Of a DNA stretch of 64,000 nt, positions 19,183-30,197 are shown piece after piece. The stretch lies in contig BROI01000003.1 of assembly GCA_027923505.1 (NCBI GenBank), positions 558,001 to 622,000 on the forward strand, in the 5' to 3' direction. The position numbers were made by a program, and so were the translations under genes. The notes beneath the pieces were generated by a model. It did not search any database. It was not told the origin of the DNA and saw only the letters and a list, made by a program, of their open reading frames with translations. The first letter of the stretch is position 1. Each line of letters begins with the position of its first letter. The stretch comes from Mayamaea pseudoterrestris (taxonomy: Eukaryota).

Positions 19183-20745
19183 ATGAGCAGCGTCTATGTC
19201 TCAGAGCCTCCGACATCAGGCAAGGTTATCTTTGAGACGACCCACGGTCCGCTGGAAATTCAGCTTTGGTGTCGTGAGTGTCCAGCGACGACAAGATTCT
19301 TTCTGCAGCTTTGTCTCGACGGATTTTATGACAATATGCTCTTCCATCGAGTCGTCCCTTCCTTTTTGATTCAAACTGGAGCCATGAGACAAAGTGAAAT
19401 AGCTGGTGGTGACAAGAGTACAGCGTCTACTGCTAGTAACCTGAGAATGAAGGAATATCGCGAAGCAATTCAAGCCGACCACGCGTTGGACCGACGTAAA
19501 CTTGAGCTTCACTCACGCATTCGGTTTAATCATCGCGGTCAAGTCAGCATGGCCTTGGCAATTGACGATCAGGAGGAAGCTGAAGATTTGCAGCCCCAAT
19601 TCTTCATTACTTTAGAAGAGTCAAAAAATTTGGACGGCAAGTATGTCTTGTTTGGAACCATTTCAGGCCCAACTTACTTTAACGCTGCGCGGATTGGAAG
19701 CTTAGATGTCGACCCCGAGACAAATCAGCCTGTCGACTTGGAACATGCGCCTCGGATTATTTCAGCCAAAATTGTGGACAATCCCATGCATCAGGATTTG
19801 GTGCCGCAGCAGAAAGTGCCTTGGCGGGCGCCCAAGGATGCTTCAGACGCTTCGCGAAGGAAGAAGAAACGCATGGGTAAATTTGATAAGAACGTTCTCT
19901 CTTTTGGCGACGAACTAGACGATGTTGTGCTCCCATCCAATAATACGAGAGAAAATACGCATGCGAATGACGGAGAAGACATGAGCAAAGGCGTCGCGCC
20001 GTTAAATGGCGACGCATTACAGATGCCTTTTGCATCTGACCTTAAAATTACACAAAACCAATTACCAGAATCGAAGGATGACAGCCTTAATTCTCAATGT
20101 CAAGTAGTGAGCTCGACAGGAGTTGAGCAAGAAACAGAAAAGGCAATGTCCTTGCAGTTCAGCTCGTCGTCACATCGACATGTTGTTCCTCCGACCAAAG
20201 CATCCGCTGACTCTAAAGAAAAGCCAATGCACTCAAAACATAAGGAGGAGACGGGAAGTGTTTTAGAGATGAGAAATGCGAAGTACCGTACATTAAAAAC
20301 GAGTAAAAAGGATCGCGAAGGCGATACACTTTCCAAGTTATTTGCGTTCAAAAGCAAGGTGAAAGGTGAACTCGCTGGCTCGTCGTCCAATCAACATGAG
20401 GACAACTCGTTGGCAGCACGAATGGCGCGGCGTGCTGAGGCGTCTGGGACTTTGGAACGAAACACATGTGCTGTGTACCATGGGCAAGTTTTGGAAGGTG
20501 ATGACGATGAAGGCCCGGGAAACAAGAACGATGGCTGGCTCAAGACTACATTCAAATGTAAGCGACACATCGACCACACGGCAGGAGGAGATGGACGCAA
20601 TATGGACGATTACGAAGTTGTTGATCCTTCTCATACGAACAATAATAACTTGGACGACGAAGACGCGGACATGCACCGCCATCACCATGCGAACCGCCAA
20701 GTTCGGCATCATAAGCATCATAAGAAGCAAAAGTCACAAAGATAA
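19183..20745 (+). CDS. CWC27: Spliceosome-associated cyclophilin CWC27
   Basis: MSSVYVSEPPTSGKV N-terminus, ELHSRIRFNHRG, NVLSFGDE, long charged tail. Confidence 0.92.
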   Translation: MSSVYVSEPPTSGKVIFETTHGPLEIQLWCRECPATTRFFLQLCLDGFYDNMLFHRVVPSFLIQTGAMRQSEIAGGDKSTASTASNLRMKEYREAIQADHALDRRKLELHSRIRFNHRGQVSMALAIDDQEEAEDLQPQFFITLEESKNLDGKYVLFGTISGPTYFNAARIGSLDVDPETNQPVDLEHAPRIISAKIVDNPMHQDLVPQQKVPWRAPKDASDASRRKKKRMGKFDKNVLSFGDELDDVVLPSNNTRENTHANDGEDMSKGVAPLNGDALQMPFASDLKITQNQLPESKDDSLNSQCQVVSSTGVEQETEKAMSLQFSSSSHRHVVPPTKASADSKEKPMHSKHKEETGSVLEMRNAKYRTLKTSKKDREGDTLSKLFAFKSKVKGELAGSSSNQHEDNSLAARMARRAEASGTLERNTCAVYHGQVLEGDDDEGPGNKNDGWLKTTFKCKRHIDHTAGGDGRNMDDYEVVDPSHTNNNNLDDEDADMHRHHHANRQVRHHKHHKKQKSQR

Positions 20746-20787
20746 CGTATATAAATGCATTTTCAGTTGCTGCTATGTATGCGTAAT

Positions 20788-23043
20788 TTAGCTCCCAAAT
20801 AGACGAAAAGACTTTCCTTTCTTCCGTAGACCACCCAGTTCGTGTGCATTGATCTTTTGAGCCACGTCTTTAATGTTGCTTTCAATTTTGTCCATATTGA
20901 CCTTGTCGATTGAACTGTCAGTCACAATGCGCAGAAAATCTTCCAGCATTTCTGTGTTACCGAGAATGTCGACATGGTCTGCGCTCTTTGGCCCTGCTCG
21001 CATCGGGTCGTCGACAGAAAATTCGGCATGGTGTTCGTATTCGCGAGTAAAGACGGCGGTTTTCGATGGGTTGAGCCCAGAGTCTTCTCGCTGCCAAGCA
21101 TCAGCGCACATGTATCCGAGGCTGATTAATGGGACCGAGCCGTCTCCATTAACATAACGCACTCCGAGTTTGATGTTTTTGGCCTCGCTTTCCACCGTAA
21201 GATCCATCTTCAAAACTGGGTCAGTAATATTAGCCACTAAGCCACCCTCGTCAACGGGTTCAATATTGTTTCGGCGGTAAAAATACGCCCGCTCGGTGTC
21301 TAGACCCGTTCCGTACAAGCAATACATTTTCATCTTCGGCGCGTACGGCAAAGGAGTCACCGTCGGATCGTGCCAGTTTCTGCTCGATGGTTTTGTGTCG
21401 CCATGGAATGACATTAGCTTCACACTCGACGAGTTCTCACCAAATCCCCCACCAAATTTCGTTAGAAAGTCAAGGGTACCCTCATTTTCGTGTTCTTGTT
21501 TCAGTATAAATGGAGTGATCGCTTCGTTGATCATTGTTTCGGACCAATTACCGTCGAATGCAAGGCTACTGGTCGGACTAGCATCAGTCATTGCAATCAG
21601 AGGCGAAACCTGCGACGTAGGACATAGTAGATCATCGTCACTCCATTCCTCGCACATGTCGAAACCAGGCGACCACAAAGCATTGCCTCCTTTTGGTAGC
21701 ATGGTCCAAAGCGATCCCCATGAGGACCACAAGTCTCGCCGCACGCGCCTACCAAAAAATTGCTCCACCATGTCTCCGAAAGTTCCAATCAAGCCCGTGT
21801 CCGACATTTCTCCACTTAAAATAGCCGTCGTAGCTTTAGGGACGCCAAGATGTGAACCAGCAATGTTTATAAATGCATGCAAATGTTCGTCGACCCACTT
21901 GGAACCTGCTCCTCGTCCACCCTCGCTGGTGCTTGTCGTCACCCAGGCAAAAAAGTGATGCACGACAAGTGCACCCATGGAATGAGATGTAAGAACAACC
22001 TTTTTTCCAGTTACACGATGCATGTCCTCGATTCGGCTCTTCAACCTTGAAAAATAACCATCCCTTTCTTCCAGCAAATGGTACGCAAGACGCCAATCAT
22101 AAGCTTCTAATGCCATGTTCGAAGGATTGTATCCAACATCGGCAAGATTCTCAATCACCTTGTTCCATACCCAATAATTTCCCATAAAGTAGTCAGCCGC
22201 TTCGAAGCCTTGCGACGCTCGGAGCCGCACTTCATCAGGGTCAGACCCAGTCAATGGATCTAGAATCATATGCTGTCGCCAGCAATCTCGATCGGCAATA
22301 AAACTGCGGGCGCCACCCATGGCTGCCCACAACCGCTGTCGGAAATGCTTCTTTGCGCAAGCCTTGCCTGCCCAAACTTCAAGTCCACTCGTGACAAAGC
22401 CCGGTACCATGACAATGGGATATTGCGCTTGCGCTCCTTCCGCAGTGGCCATTTGATAACCCGGCCGCTTCGTCTCCTGCGTCAAGTACGCTAGCGAGCT
22501 GTAAGCAGTCTCGTTAAACTGTGCATATATTTGGTCCACATATTGGCCCAGCTGCAAACTTTCTTCTAGCTGTAGCTGAATGCGCTCAATATGAGGAGCT
22601 AGCTGTTCCTTGACGGCCACATCCAATCGAAAGTCGTTGTTCAGCATTCCGAATCGCTTAAGACTCAATACAATGAGAATCTCGGCAATCCATAGCGCTA
22701 GCGCCAAGCCGAAGCAAAGTCTCGGCGGAGCAGGCATGCGACTTGGTGACGCACTACGGTGGCTTGCATGGCTTTCTTCATCGTTACTGATATTTCCATG
22801 TTGTTTGCTGCTCGCTTTCGATTCGGGCGACGATGTTGGATCATAAGGTTCATCTTCTAAAGTTTCCGTGTCTTCTGGATCCTCCGTGTTGATAACACTA
22901 GGTGGTGCATCCGTGGACGCAGACATTCTGCCGTCCTTGCTCGTGCGCCGATGTTGCGTGCGTCCTCGTGTAGAACCTTGTTTTTGCGGTGTGGTCGACG
23001 TCTTCCGCGACTCCTTTACTCGATTGCTTTTGCCTGACAACAT
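20788..23043 (-). CDS. PDAT: Phospholipid:diacylglycerol acyltransferase (LCAT family)
   Basis: VPGFVTSGLEVW, FRQRLW, YDWRL, SHSMG nucleophile, GDGSVP, HVDILG; N-terminal TM. Confidence 0.93.
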   Translation of the reverse strand: MLSGKSNRVKESRKTSTTPQKQGSTRGRTQHRRTSKDGRMSASTDAPPSVINTEDPEDTETLEDEPYDPTSSPESKASSKQHGNISNDEESHASHRSASPSRMPAPPRLCFGLALALWIAEILIVLSLKRFGMLNNDFRLDVAVKEQLAPHIERIQLQLEESLQLGQYVDQIYAQFNETAYSSLAYLTQETKRPGYQMATAEGAQAQYPIVMVPGFVTSGLEVWAGKACAKKHFRQRLWAAMGGARSFIADRDCWRQHMILDPLTGSDPDEVRLRASQGFEAADYFMGNYWVWNKVIENLADVGYNPSNMALEAYDWRLAYHLLEERDGYFSRLKSRIEDMHRVTGKKVVLTSHSMGALVVHHFFAWVTTSTSEGGRGAGSKWVDEHLHAFINIAGSHLGVPKATTAILSGEMSDTGLIGTFGDMVEQFFGRRVRRDLWSSWGSLWTMLPKGGNALWSPGFDMCEEWSDDDLLCPTSQVSPLIAMTDASPTSSLAFDGNWSETMINEAITPFILKQEHENEGTLDFLTKFGGGFGENSSSVKLMSFHGDTKPSSRNWHDPTVTPLPYAPKMKMYCLYGTGLDTERAYFYRRNNIEPVDEGGLVANITDPVLKMDLTVESEAKNIKLGVRYVNGDGSVPLISLGYMCADAWQREDSGLNPSKTAVFTREYEHHAEFSVDDPMRAGPKSADHVDILGNTEMLEDFLRIVTDSSIDKVNMDKIESNIKDVAQKINAHELGGLRKKGKSFRLFGS

Positions 23044-23481
23044 GATATCAAAGACGCGAAACCTCAAGTTTTACCGGATTTAGATGGAAGCCTTTCACGC
23101 AGTGGAATATTGAGACTGGATCGACTCGTCTTCGTTTCCTTCAAGTTCTTTCGTCGCCGAGCTCATGCTTGTCGGACTGTTTCTCTTGCCTTCTTTTCCG
23201 CGCCAGCGCGGGCACCGCGCCATCGCGTCGCAAGGAGGTTTTACGTGCGCGCCAGTCGGATTGCAACGGAATCCGAACGGGACTGGCCGACTTGCTCAGA
23301 CGTTTCTTCGTCCGCCACCACAAGCTCTGCAAAACAAGATTGTGAAGAGCAAACTACATCTGAAGTCAATTTGAACGTCTGCTACAGAGTCTGCTATTCA
23401 GCATCTATCCCTTTCTAAAAGAGGCTGCGTAGTTGGAAAATACTCTGTCATCACTGACGAGAGATAAAGAAAAAATCGGCC

Positions 23482-25088
23482 ATGGATTCGTCTTCACGCT
23501 CACCAACGTCGCCACTGGATGACACTGCAATCTCGAACACGGACGCCTCGCAGTATCTCATCAAGGATCTCAAACAGCTGCAAGGCTCATCCATATTTGA
23601 CAAGCTTGATTTTAGCAAATGTCCCGACATGTACTTGGAGAAGCTCTTTGTGGCAAAGGCCGACTCGTACTTGCCACCGACTCCCTATCGATGTTCGTCG
23701 AGCCAAATTACGGACTGGATCAACATGACAGTCGCTGCGCAGGAGCAAGCTTTTGTGGAAATGAAAATACAGCCAACGGCACGGTTCAAGCGGCCGGCTC
23801 GACGAGTTTTGAGCAGCAAAAAGCTGGAGGATGAGGAGTCTGCCAGCTTGAATGGCGACGCTGGGGAATTTCAGGGAATCAAGGAGAAGCGAAAGATTGT
23901 GAGAAAGAAGGACAAGGTATGTTCAGACTATTGTGTGTCATCTTGCTTTTTGTGCTGTTGCTATACCGGCATTCTGTTATAGAAAGGTGAGCCTTTGTTC
24001 TCACGATCGTGTCGTCTCTTGCTCGCCAGATTGACAAGTCGTCTGATACGGAACAGCCCGCCCGGAAAAAGGCGCGCAAGCCACCTAAGAAGCTGTCCAT
24101 TCCATCAACCGATCATGAACAGCAAAGTAATGCACTGACTGGAAATGAGCTTGCCAATCAGGAAAAGGCGAATGACTTGTTGCGCAGTGAACAGTACTCA
24201 GCCATTGGTAGCATTATTTACAGTGACGATGAGGTTGAGGATGAGGTTGGTGATGATGCTGACGACGTTCAAATGTTTAGAGGTAGACCCGTTGCTTTGG
24301 ACCACAAGAGCTTGCTGCAGGCGGCGCGAGTCTACATGAACACGGACAAGCGAGTGATTGATTTGAATTCGGATGAGGATGCAAACGATGCAACACAACC
24401 GAGGTCGGTGGCGTCGTCTAATCAGAAACCCATTCGCACGGCCCGCACTAGCACGACGCCACGCGGACTTGGCAGCCACAACAACAGACTCAGTATTGAC
24501 AGTCTCAACGAAGAGGAAGAGTTGTACAATGGGGCTTCCATCTTCGGACAAACACAGGGACAGAATGCAACGTGGGTTGAATGCGACAAGTGCAAAAAAT
24601 GGCGGCGATTGCGTGGAAAGGTGGATGCGTCGAAACTTCCAACTCGGTGGTTTTGCAGCATGAACAAGACGGACGCGGCTCGCGCCAAATGCTCGGCGCC
24701 GGAGGAAGCATACGACGAAGGTCAGTCGGTGACACCAGAGTCTGCGGCCGATGCACGAGCGAGGAAGCATTTTCGTGTATGGTCCAGGCGTATCAAGACC
24801 CAAGAAGCGTACGAGGCAGGTCAACCTCCCATGACACGTGGAAAAAAGAAGCAGGTTGCTGGTTCGAAGGATCCGTACGAGTGGGTTCGGTGTTGCAATC
24901 CATCATGCGGCAAATGGAGATCGCTGCTACGAGTTATGGGAGCCAAGTCGCATGTCATTGATCGCACCGCGAACGGAGAATGGTATTGTGTCATGAATCC
25001 CTGGGACGAAAAGATGGCATCGTGCGGTGCACCGCAGGAGAATCTTCCGACATTTGGTTGCCCGCCGTGGGTCCAACAAGATCCGTAG
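23482..25088 (+). CDS. Protein with two CW-type zinc fingers, two exons (23482-23916, 24030-25088)
   Basis: WVECDKCKKWRRL..WFCSMN..C and WVRCCNPSCGKWR..WYCVMNPWD..SC; GTATGT...CCAG intron keeps frame. Confidence 0.85.
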
Positions 25089-25322
25089 CTTGCAGCATGG
25101 CGTCTATGTAACCTGCTAGATTTGTTGAGCATTTGCCAGTGAATTGCTCATCGTGTCCCTTGTCCACCTTGTTTTTGGTCTTCTAGCTCTGGCTCTTTGC
25201 TTATAGGTCATATCGTAAGCTACCGTAGACGATGCTTTGGTTAAAGTGGCTCGCATTTTGACGAAATTCTATCTAATATACACCTGCCATTGGACAGACA
25301 ACGCTAACAAACACTTTATAGT

Positions 25323-25829
25323 CTATAGTCCTACCTGTCTCGCAATCTTCACCAAATCGTCCTTTGTCAGCAATCCATCTTGCGCATATTGATTGATCAT
25401 CTCGTCCAACTCATCTTCCTCTAAATTTTGGTCAAGTTCCTGACAAACGCGTTGCAAGTCCTCAACAATTACAACCCCCTTGTCAGCAGTGTCTAGTAGA
25501 CGAAAGACGCGATGCGCCCGCTGCGTCTGTCGATAGGCGTCGGCAATAAGTCGTTCCAGTGCAGGAGCTGAAGCCTCATCTGCCAGCCCTTGGCGAATAC
25601 TTTCGGGATTGAGGTGCGACAAGCCCAAATCTTTGCGCAGTCGCTTGAGTAAAGTTTTTACTTGCTTGTCTATATCAACGCCTCTCTTACTACTGATATC
25701 CATCGTCTGTAATATCACGTGTTGTATCTGCTGTTGGACGTCGTTCGGAAGGTCTTCGAGTGTAGGAGCTTGCTGCTTTTGACTCTTTGAAGCGCCAGGC
25801 GATTTGCGCTTGATAGATTTTGTGGGCAT
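25323..25829 (-). CDS. EF-hand protein with centrin/calmodulin-like C-lobe
   Basis: VFRLLDTADKGVVIVEDL and EEDELDEMI motifs. Confidence 0.75.
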   Translation of the reverse strand: MPTKSIKRKSPGASKSQKQQAPTLEDLPNDVQQQIQHVILQTMDISSKRGVDIDKQVKTLLKRLRKDLGLSHLNPESIRQGLADEASAPALERLIADAYRQTQRAHRVFRLLDTADKGVVIVEDLQRVCQELDQNLEEDELDEMINQYAQDGLLTKDDLVKIARQVGL

Positions 25830-26104
25830 CTTCGTCTACTGTATGCAGTAAATGTAGCAGTTCCTTGCTTCAAGACATGCGCAAGAGGATGCGCGGGACC
25901 ACAGTCGAGTTGGATTAGCGGCAGTTCATCAATGCCAGTGAAAAGTGGGTCATATTTTCATTGAAAACTGCGTCACCAAGTTATATTTTCAACAATCGGT
26001 GTGAATGTTGTGATAGAGAGCTATCTCATCGTCGCGCTGCTGGCCTACCGGTATATTAAGAAGATCATTAACAATAAGAATTTAAATCTTAAATTAAACC
26101 ATAT

Positions 26105-29100
26105 TTAATTCCGCTGTCGGCGACGCAAAAGCTCCGGCCCCAACAGCATCAAAACATGAGGAATGCGGGCATCACCCTCGCCCGCCGCCGACTGGGAGCT
26201 AACACGCTGCTGGTAAGCATCACAGCAGGTGAGAACATTAATCCAAGCAGCATCTTCTCCCTCACTTGACGCCCCATCAGTCGACAAAAGCGACATTGCG
26301 TAATCTTCAGCCTTCACTCGCTTCATATGGTGAGGTGACGAAAGCAATTTAGGAGCTGACGAGAAAAGGTAATGGAGTATTGTTGACGGGCGAACATCCT
26401 TCATCCAAGGCTCACGAAGCAAAAGTTTGGATATTTCTTGACTTGACTTGCTCATATCTTCAAGTCCTGTCCAGAACAGCATTTGACGGACTGCGCGCAA
26501 TTCGGCATACGGCCGCCCATCACCCACATCATGCAAGGTCAACGAGCCACCAGGTTTGGCGACAAACTGCTCTAAAATGAGTTCCAGGTCGCTGACATCC
26601 TGGGTGATGTGAAGACGAGCAGTCTCTCCAAAGGGGCGGATAAGCATCGAGTTTGAAATGAAGCAATATATGGTGTACGACGCGATAGCCGACGCCATGT
26701 AAGAAGCATACTCTGGAGGAAACTTGGACAAAATACTCGTGGCTATAGTTTCGAAAATGTCAGGAAAATGCTTCTGAACAAACGCCGGAAATTCGCCATC
26801 CGTAGTTGTGGGACTGTCGATGTAAACACCTTGATGTATTCTTGCTAGAACATTAGCTATCCGCCGATTCAAAGCCCGTATGACAGGATTCAAGACGGTG
26901 CTTTTCACCATCTTTTCTATAGCATGTAAACCAGGAACAAGGCCAGCTTTACACAGGTTTGCTGCCTCTTCGTGTTTCGATGACACAGTTGGCCGGTACG
27001 GAGCTATGAATGTTTTGTCCGGCGCTTGTCGAAGATATTTTGCAAGAGTATAGACAATCGCAATCACCTTGCGGTCATGTTGGAGGGAATCGCTCATGGA
27101 CCAATGCTCACCGATGTATCCATCGCGCTGAGATGACGCCCCGCTCAAAGCATTCTTGGCCAACTCGCAGAAACGAGATGTCATCGTTACGACGCAATCT
27201 GAAACCATTGTCACAAGAGTCAAATCCCCACCACCTTCGCGAGGATCGGCAAATGCGAGTTCCTGGCGTATGTTCTCGTCGAATCGCTGTACGTCGTATT
27301 TGCTGGGTAGCAGATGGAAACCTGCATTGATAGCGACGCCATCGTCGTCGACTTGTATATTCTCAGGAAACATATACTTTAATGGTGCACAGAGACGATC
27401 AGTACAAGCCTCAACGAACGCCTGTTGCAAACCAAAAAGACCGGTTGGCGATTTGGTGCTACCCTGCAGGGCTCTCCACTCAAAAGAGTTCATGACTGTC
27501 GATAGTGAAGACGACGAAAGACCTGTCGTGTAAGTTTGTGAACTCGCTTTCGCCGCAGCATGATTAGAATCCGTTTGACGAGACCATTGATCCGGCGCCG
27601 CTTGTGGATTGTCGCCGATCACCTCATTAGCAGCAGATTGTCCCGAGTTCCACTCCAAAAAGTTGTCATCCATCGTAGCCGTGCCGCCCAAGATACCAGC
27701 GAAACTCGTGGTGCCAGCTTCATCCAAAATGGACGACGGGAGCGACTCTTGCAGACGATTGATTAATTCAAGTCCCGCAGCTCGGACTGGAGGGTAAAGT
27801 GCCGCCACGTCTGGGGCATACTTTCCACCATCTTGCAAGAGTATGTGTCCTAGAATGCTTGACAGTGAGCTGCATAAGCGCGCCCAAAAGAGAGCAAACA
27901 TCGAATTGATATCGCGCGACACGTATTCTGCGTACGCAGGCGGCGTCGGCGCAGTATTAACAACGTCGACAAACAATTGACGACTCACTGGATCGGTCTT
28001 ACGGGCAAGGACACGCTGCATGTTCCGAACCTGGAGAGCTATCTCCGTCATGCCTTGAATCCACTCCTGTGCCGCTTCGGCGCGAATTTGGCGAATCTTT
28101 TTTTGGATCAATCGCGGATCTTTCGCGGTTCGCTTGGCCTGTTCCGCAAGATTTACCAAGGTGACTGGATTAAAGAGTTCGCGCGAAAGGGACTCCGCTT
28201 TGGCGTGAGCCTGATTCACGGCGTTCCAGACTGCCGATGGTAGCTCTCCAAGATGGAAGTAAACTTGAAAAATTGATCCGAGTTTCGGCAGCGCTGTTGT
28301 CTTCGTAAACGTCTGCTCCTGCAAAAGACGTGCGGCCGACTCTCGCACCTGTTTGGCCGTCGATTGAATTTCTGGCCGCATTTTCTCCACCACATCAATC
28401 CCTTGCTGCAGTTCGGCTTGTGACAAAAGCTCCTCCAAAACCGATACACTCGCCGCAGCTCGAGTCAAGTCTCTCTGGTCTTCTAAATCGTAGTTCATAA
28501 GTTTGTTCGTTTCAAACTGCAGTCGCAGAATAGATTTGAGCGTGTTACTCAACTTCAAGACACGCTCGAGCTTCGTGCATGACGCTTCCATCCGCGACAA
28601 ACCTCTCGTGAGCGAACTTTCCACGCGACTGGCCACACTCTCCAATACATCAGCTTGTCGCTCAAGACGATCGGCGCGATCCCGGATAGAAGACAGCGTT
28701 GTGCTACCGGTAGTGGTGGACGTGACTGCAGTCGCAGCAGGTGCAGCAGCAGCTTCGCCCTCTTGCTCGGTCGCTCCGTCAAGCTCGTATCCATGCAGTC
28801 GAAGCAAATGCCCAGCAACTGCTTCAGGACGAGTCCGCGACAATTTGACCGCCAAGGATTCCACCAAGGCAAGTCGCTGCTCAACTTCCTGTAAACACGC
28901 GTCGGCTCGATCCTTCATAGATGATCCCTCGTCAGTATTGCCGTTTGACTGTTTGCCGTCCTCATCCAACTGTAGCAAAGCTGCCGCATACGGAAAAGCG
29001 ACTTGATCTGGATTCGCTCTGCTTTCTGTCAATCCATACTGCATCAACAATTGGTCCTCTCGAAGGAGCAACTGCAGGCTATTCGCCGCTGCAGCTTGCG

Positions 29101-29197
29101 CCGAGCTCTCGTGGTGCGGCTGCGGATTCAATGCTTGTAGCTGTTTGGCGTTGCGTCCGTGGCGACCGCCCGAGTGACTGTTCATGGAAGAATCCAT
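26105..29197 (-). CDS. COG5: Conserved oligomeric Golgi complex subunit 5-like
   Basis: 1030-aa helical ORF; FQVYFHLGEL, VLARKTDPVS, LIRPFGETARLHITQD, SPH motifs. Confidence 0.8.
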   Translation of the reverse strand: MDSSMNSHSGGRHGRNAKQLQALNPQPHHESSAQAAAANSLQLLLREDQLLMQYGLTESRANPDQVAFPYAAALLQLDEDGKQSNGNTDEGSSMKDRADACLQEVEQRLALVESLAVKLSRTRPEAVAGHLLRLHGYELDGATEQEGEAAAAPAATAVTSTTTGSTTLSSIRDRADRLERQADVLESVASRVESSLTRGLSRMEASCTKLERVLKLSNTLKSILRLQFETNKLMNYDLEDQRDLTRAAASVSVLEELLSQAELQQGIDVVEKMRPEIQSTAKQVRESAARLLQEQTFTKTTALPKLGSIFQVYFHLGELPSAVWNAVNQAHAKAESLSRELFNPVTLVNLAEQAKRTAKDPRLIQKKIRQIRAEAAQEWIQGMTEIALQVRNMQRVLARKTDPVSRQLFVDVVNTAPTPPAYAEYVSRDINSMFALFWARLCSSLSSILGHILLQDGGKYAPDVAALYPPVRAAGLELINRLQESLPSSILDEAGTTSFAGILGGTATMDDNFLEWNSGQSAANEVIGDNPQAAPDQWSRQTDSNHAAAKASSQTYTTGLSSSSLSTVMNSFEWRALQGSTKSPTGLFGLQQAFVEACTDRLCAPLKYMFPENIQVDDDGVAINAGFHLLPSKYDVQRFDENIRQELAFADPREGGGDLTLVTMVSDCVVTMTSRFCELAKNALSGASSQRDGYIGEHWSMSDSLQHDRKVIAIVYTLAKYLRQAPDKTFIAPYRPTVSSKHEEAANLCKAGLVPGLHAIEKMVKSTVLNPVIRALNRRIANVLARIHQGVYIDSPTTTDGEFPAFVQKHFPDIFETIATSILSKFPPEYASYMASAIASYTIYCFISNSMLIRPFGETARLHITQDVSDLELILEQFVAKPGGSLTLHDVGDGRPYAELRAVRQMLFWTGLEDMSKSSQEISKLLLREPWMKDVRPSTILHYLFSSAPKLLSSPHHMKRVKAEDYAMSLLSTDGASSEGEDAAWINVLTCCDAYQQRVSSQSAAGEGDARIPHVLMLLGPELLRRRQRN

Positions 29198-29461
29198 TAA
29201 AGATGGTTTAGATGTTGAGAATGTGCCTCTATTAGCCCTGCAAGATTTGCTCGTCGCGACTTCATGGTCATCGACTAACCATCGCCGCGCGGTTCATGTA
29301 CTGTGACTTTGAAAGTAGTCTTTTCATTACTCCAGAGTAGGTATGTGTCGCTCCGGGCATGACTTTTGCGATCTTTGTGGTTTGACTTTCGACCCATCCC
29401 CCAGATCCTTCGATTGCTCGATCCCCTCGTCTACCGGTAGCAAAGAAACAATCCTTCCAAA

Positions 29462-30043
29462 ATGATCCAACTGACATTCTATCTGCTAGCGTCTCTGTCA
29501 CTATTCGGGGCTCATGGGTTCATATATTTGCATCCCGTTCGATGCCGAGCAGCGCCTCCAAGCAGCTCGTCATCGTTGTCGACCACCATCACTCGATCAA
29601 TGACCACATCAACATCATCAGCAGATGCGCACCATCGCATGGGTGAATTGAACGAGCCGGAACAAAAAGTGTTTGACCTGATGAAGGAACTTCATGATTC
29701 TAATTACAAGTTTCGCATTGTCGTGGTTGGCAATGGCGCCATTTTGGAAACAGTTTCGCCACTCGGACCAGTGACCAAAGTGCTTCAGAGCGCCTCCACT
29801 GGAACCAACCTGTTGACGCTGGCTAATGAGGATCAGTCGTTTGAGTTTCATTTGCAACTTTCGCAAGTATCCAAAATGGTGCTTACCTCAAAGGAAACAC
29901 CAAAGAGAGTGATGCAAAGTGTGCGCTTGTTGAATGCGAATGGAGTTTCCATGTGCAGCCTGATTCTCGCAGACGAGTCTGACGCTGCCATTGACTGGTA
30001 CATGAAACTACAAGACAGCTATGGAACAGAAGTGCAGCTATAG
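29462..30043 (+). CDS. ChuX/HutX-like heme-utilisation-fold protein, predicted plastid-targeted
   Basis: FRIVVVGNGAILE...FEFHL...VRLLN...SLIL pattern; signal peptide ending AHG|F followed by S/T-rich transit peptide. Confidence 0.7.
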   Translation: MIQLTFYLLASLSLFGAHGFIYLHPVRCRAAPPSSSSSLSTTITRSMTTSTSSADAHHRMGELNEPEQKVFDLMKELHDSNYKFRIVVVGNGAILETVSPLGPVTKVLQSASTGTNLLTLANEDQSFEFHLQLSQVSKMVLTSKETPKRVMQSVRLLNANGVSMCSLILADESDAAIDWYMKLQDSYGTEVQL

Positions 30044-30197
30044 TGCAAACGTAGGCATGCATGGCAGCACTTGGGCACGCCAACAAAGATGTTTCCAATC
30101 ACTATTTTTTCCTAAACAACAAGGCGATAAAATTGCAGCAAATCACACAATAAACATTGTATACTATTGATTTCAGGCATGTACCCATGTATATAAC

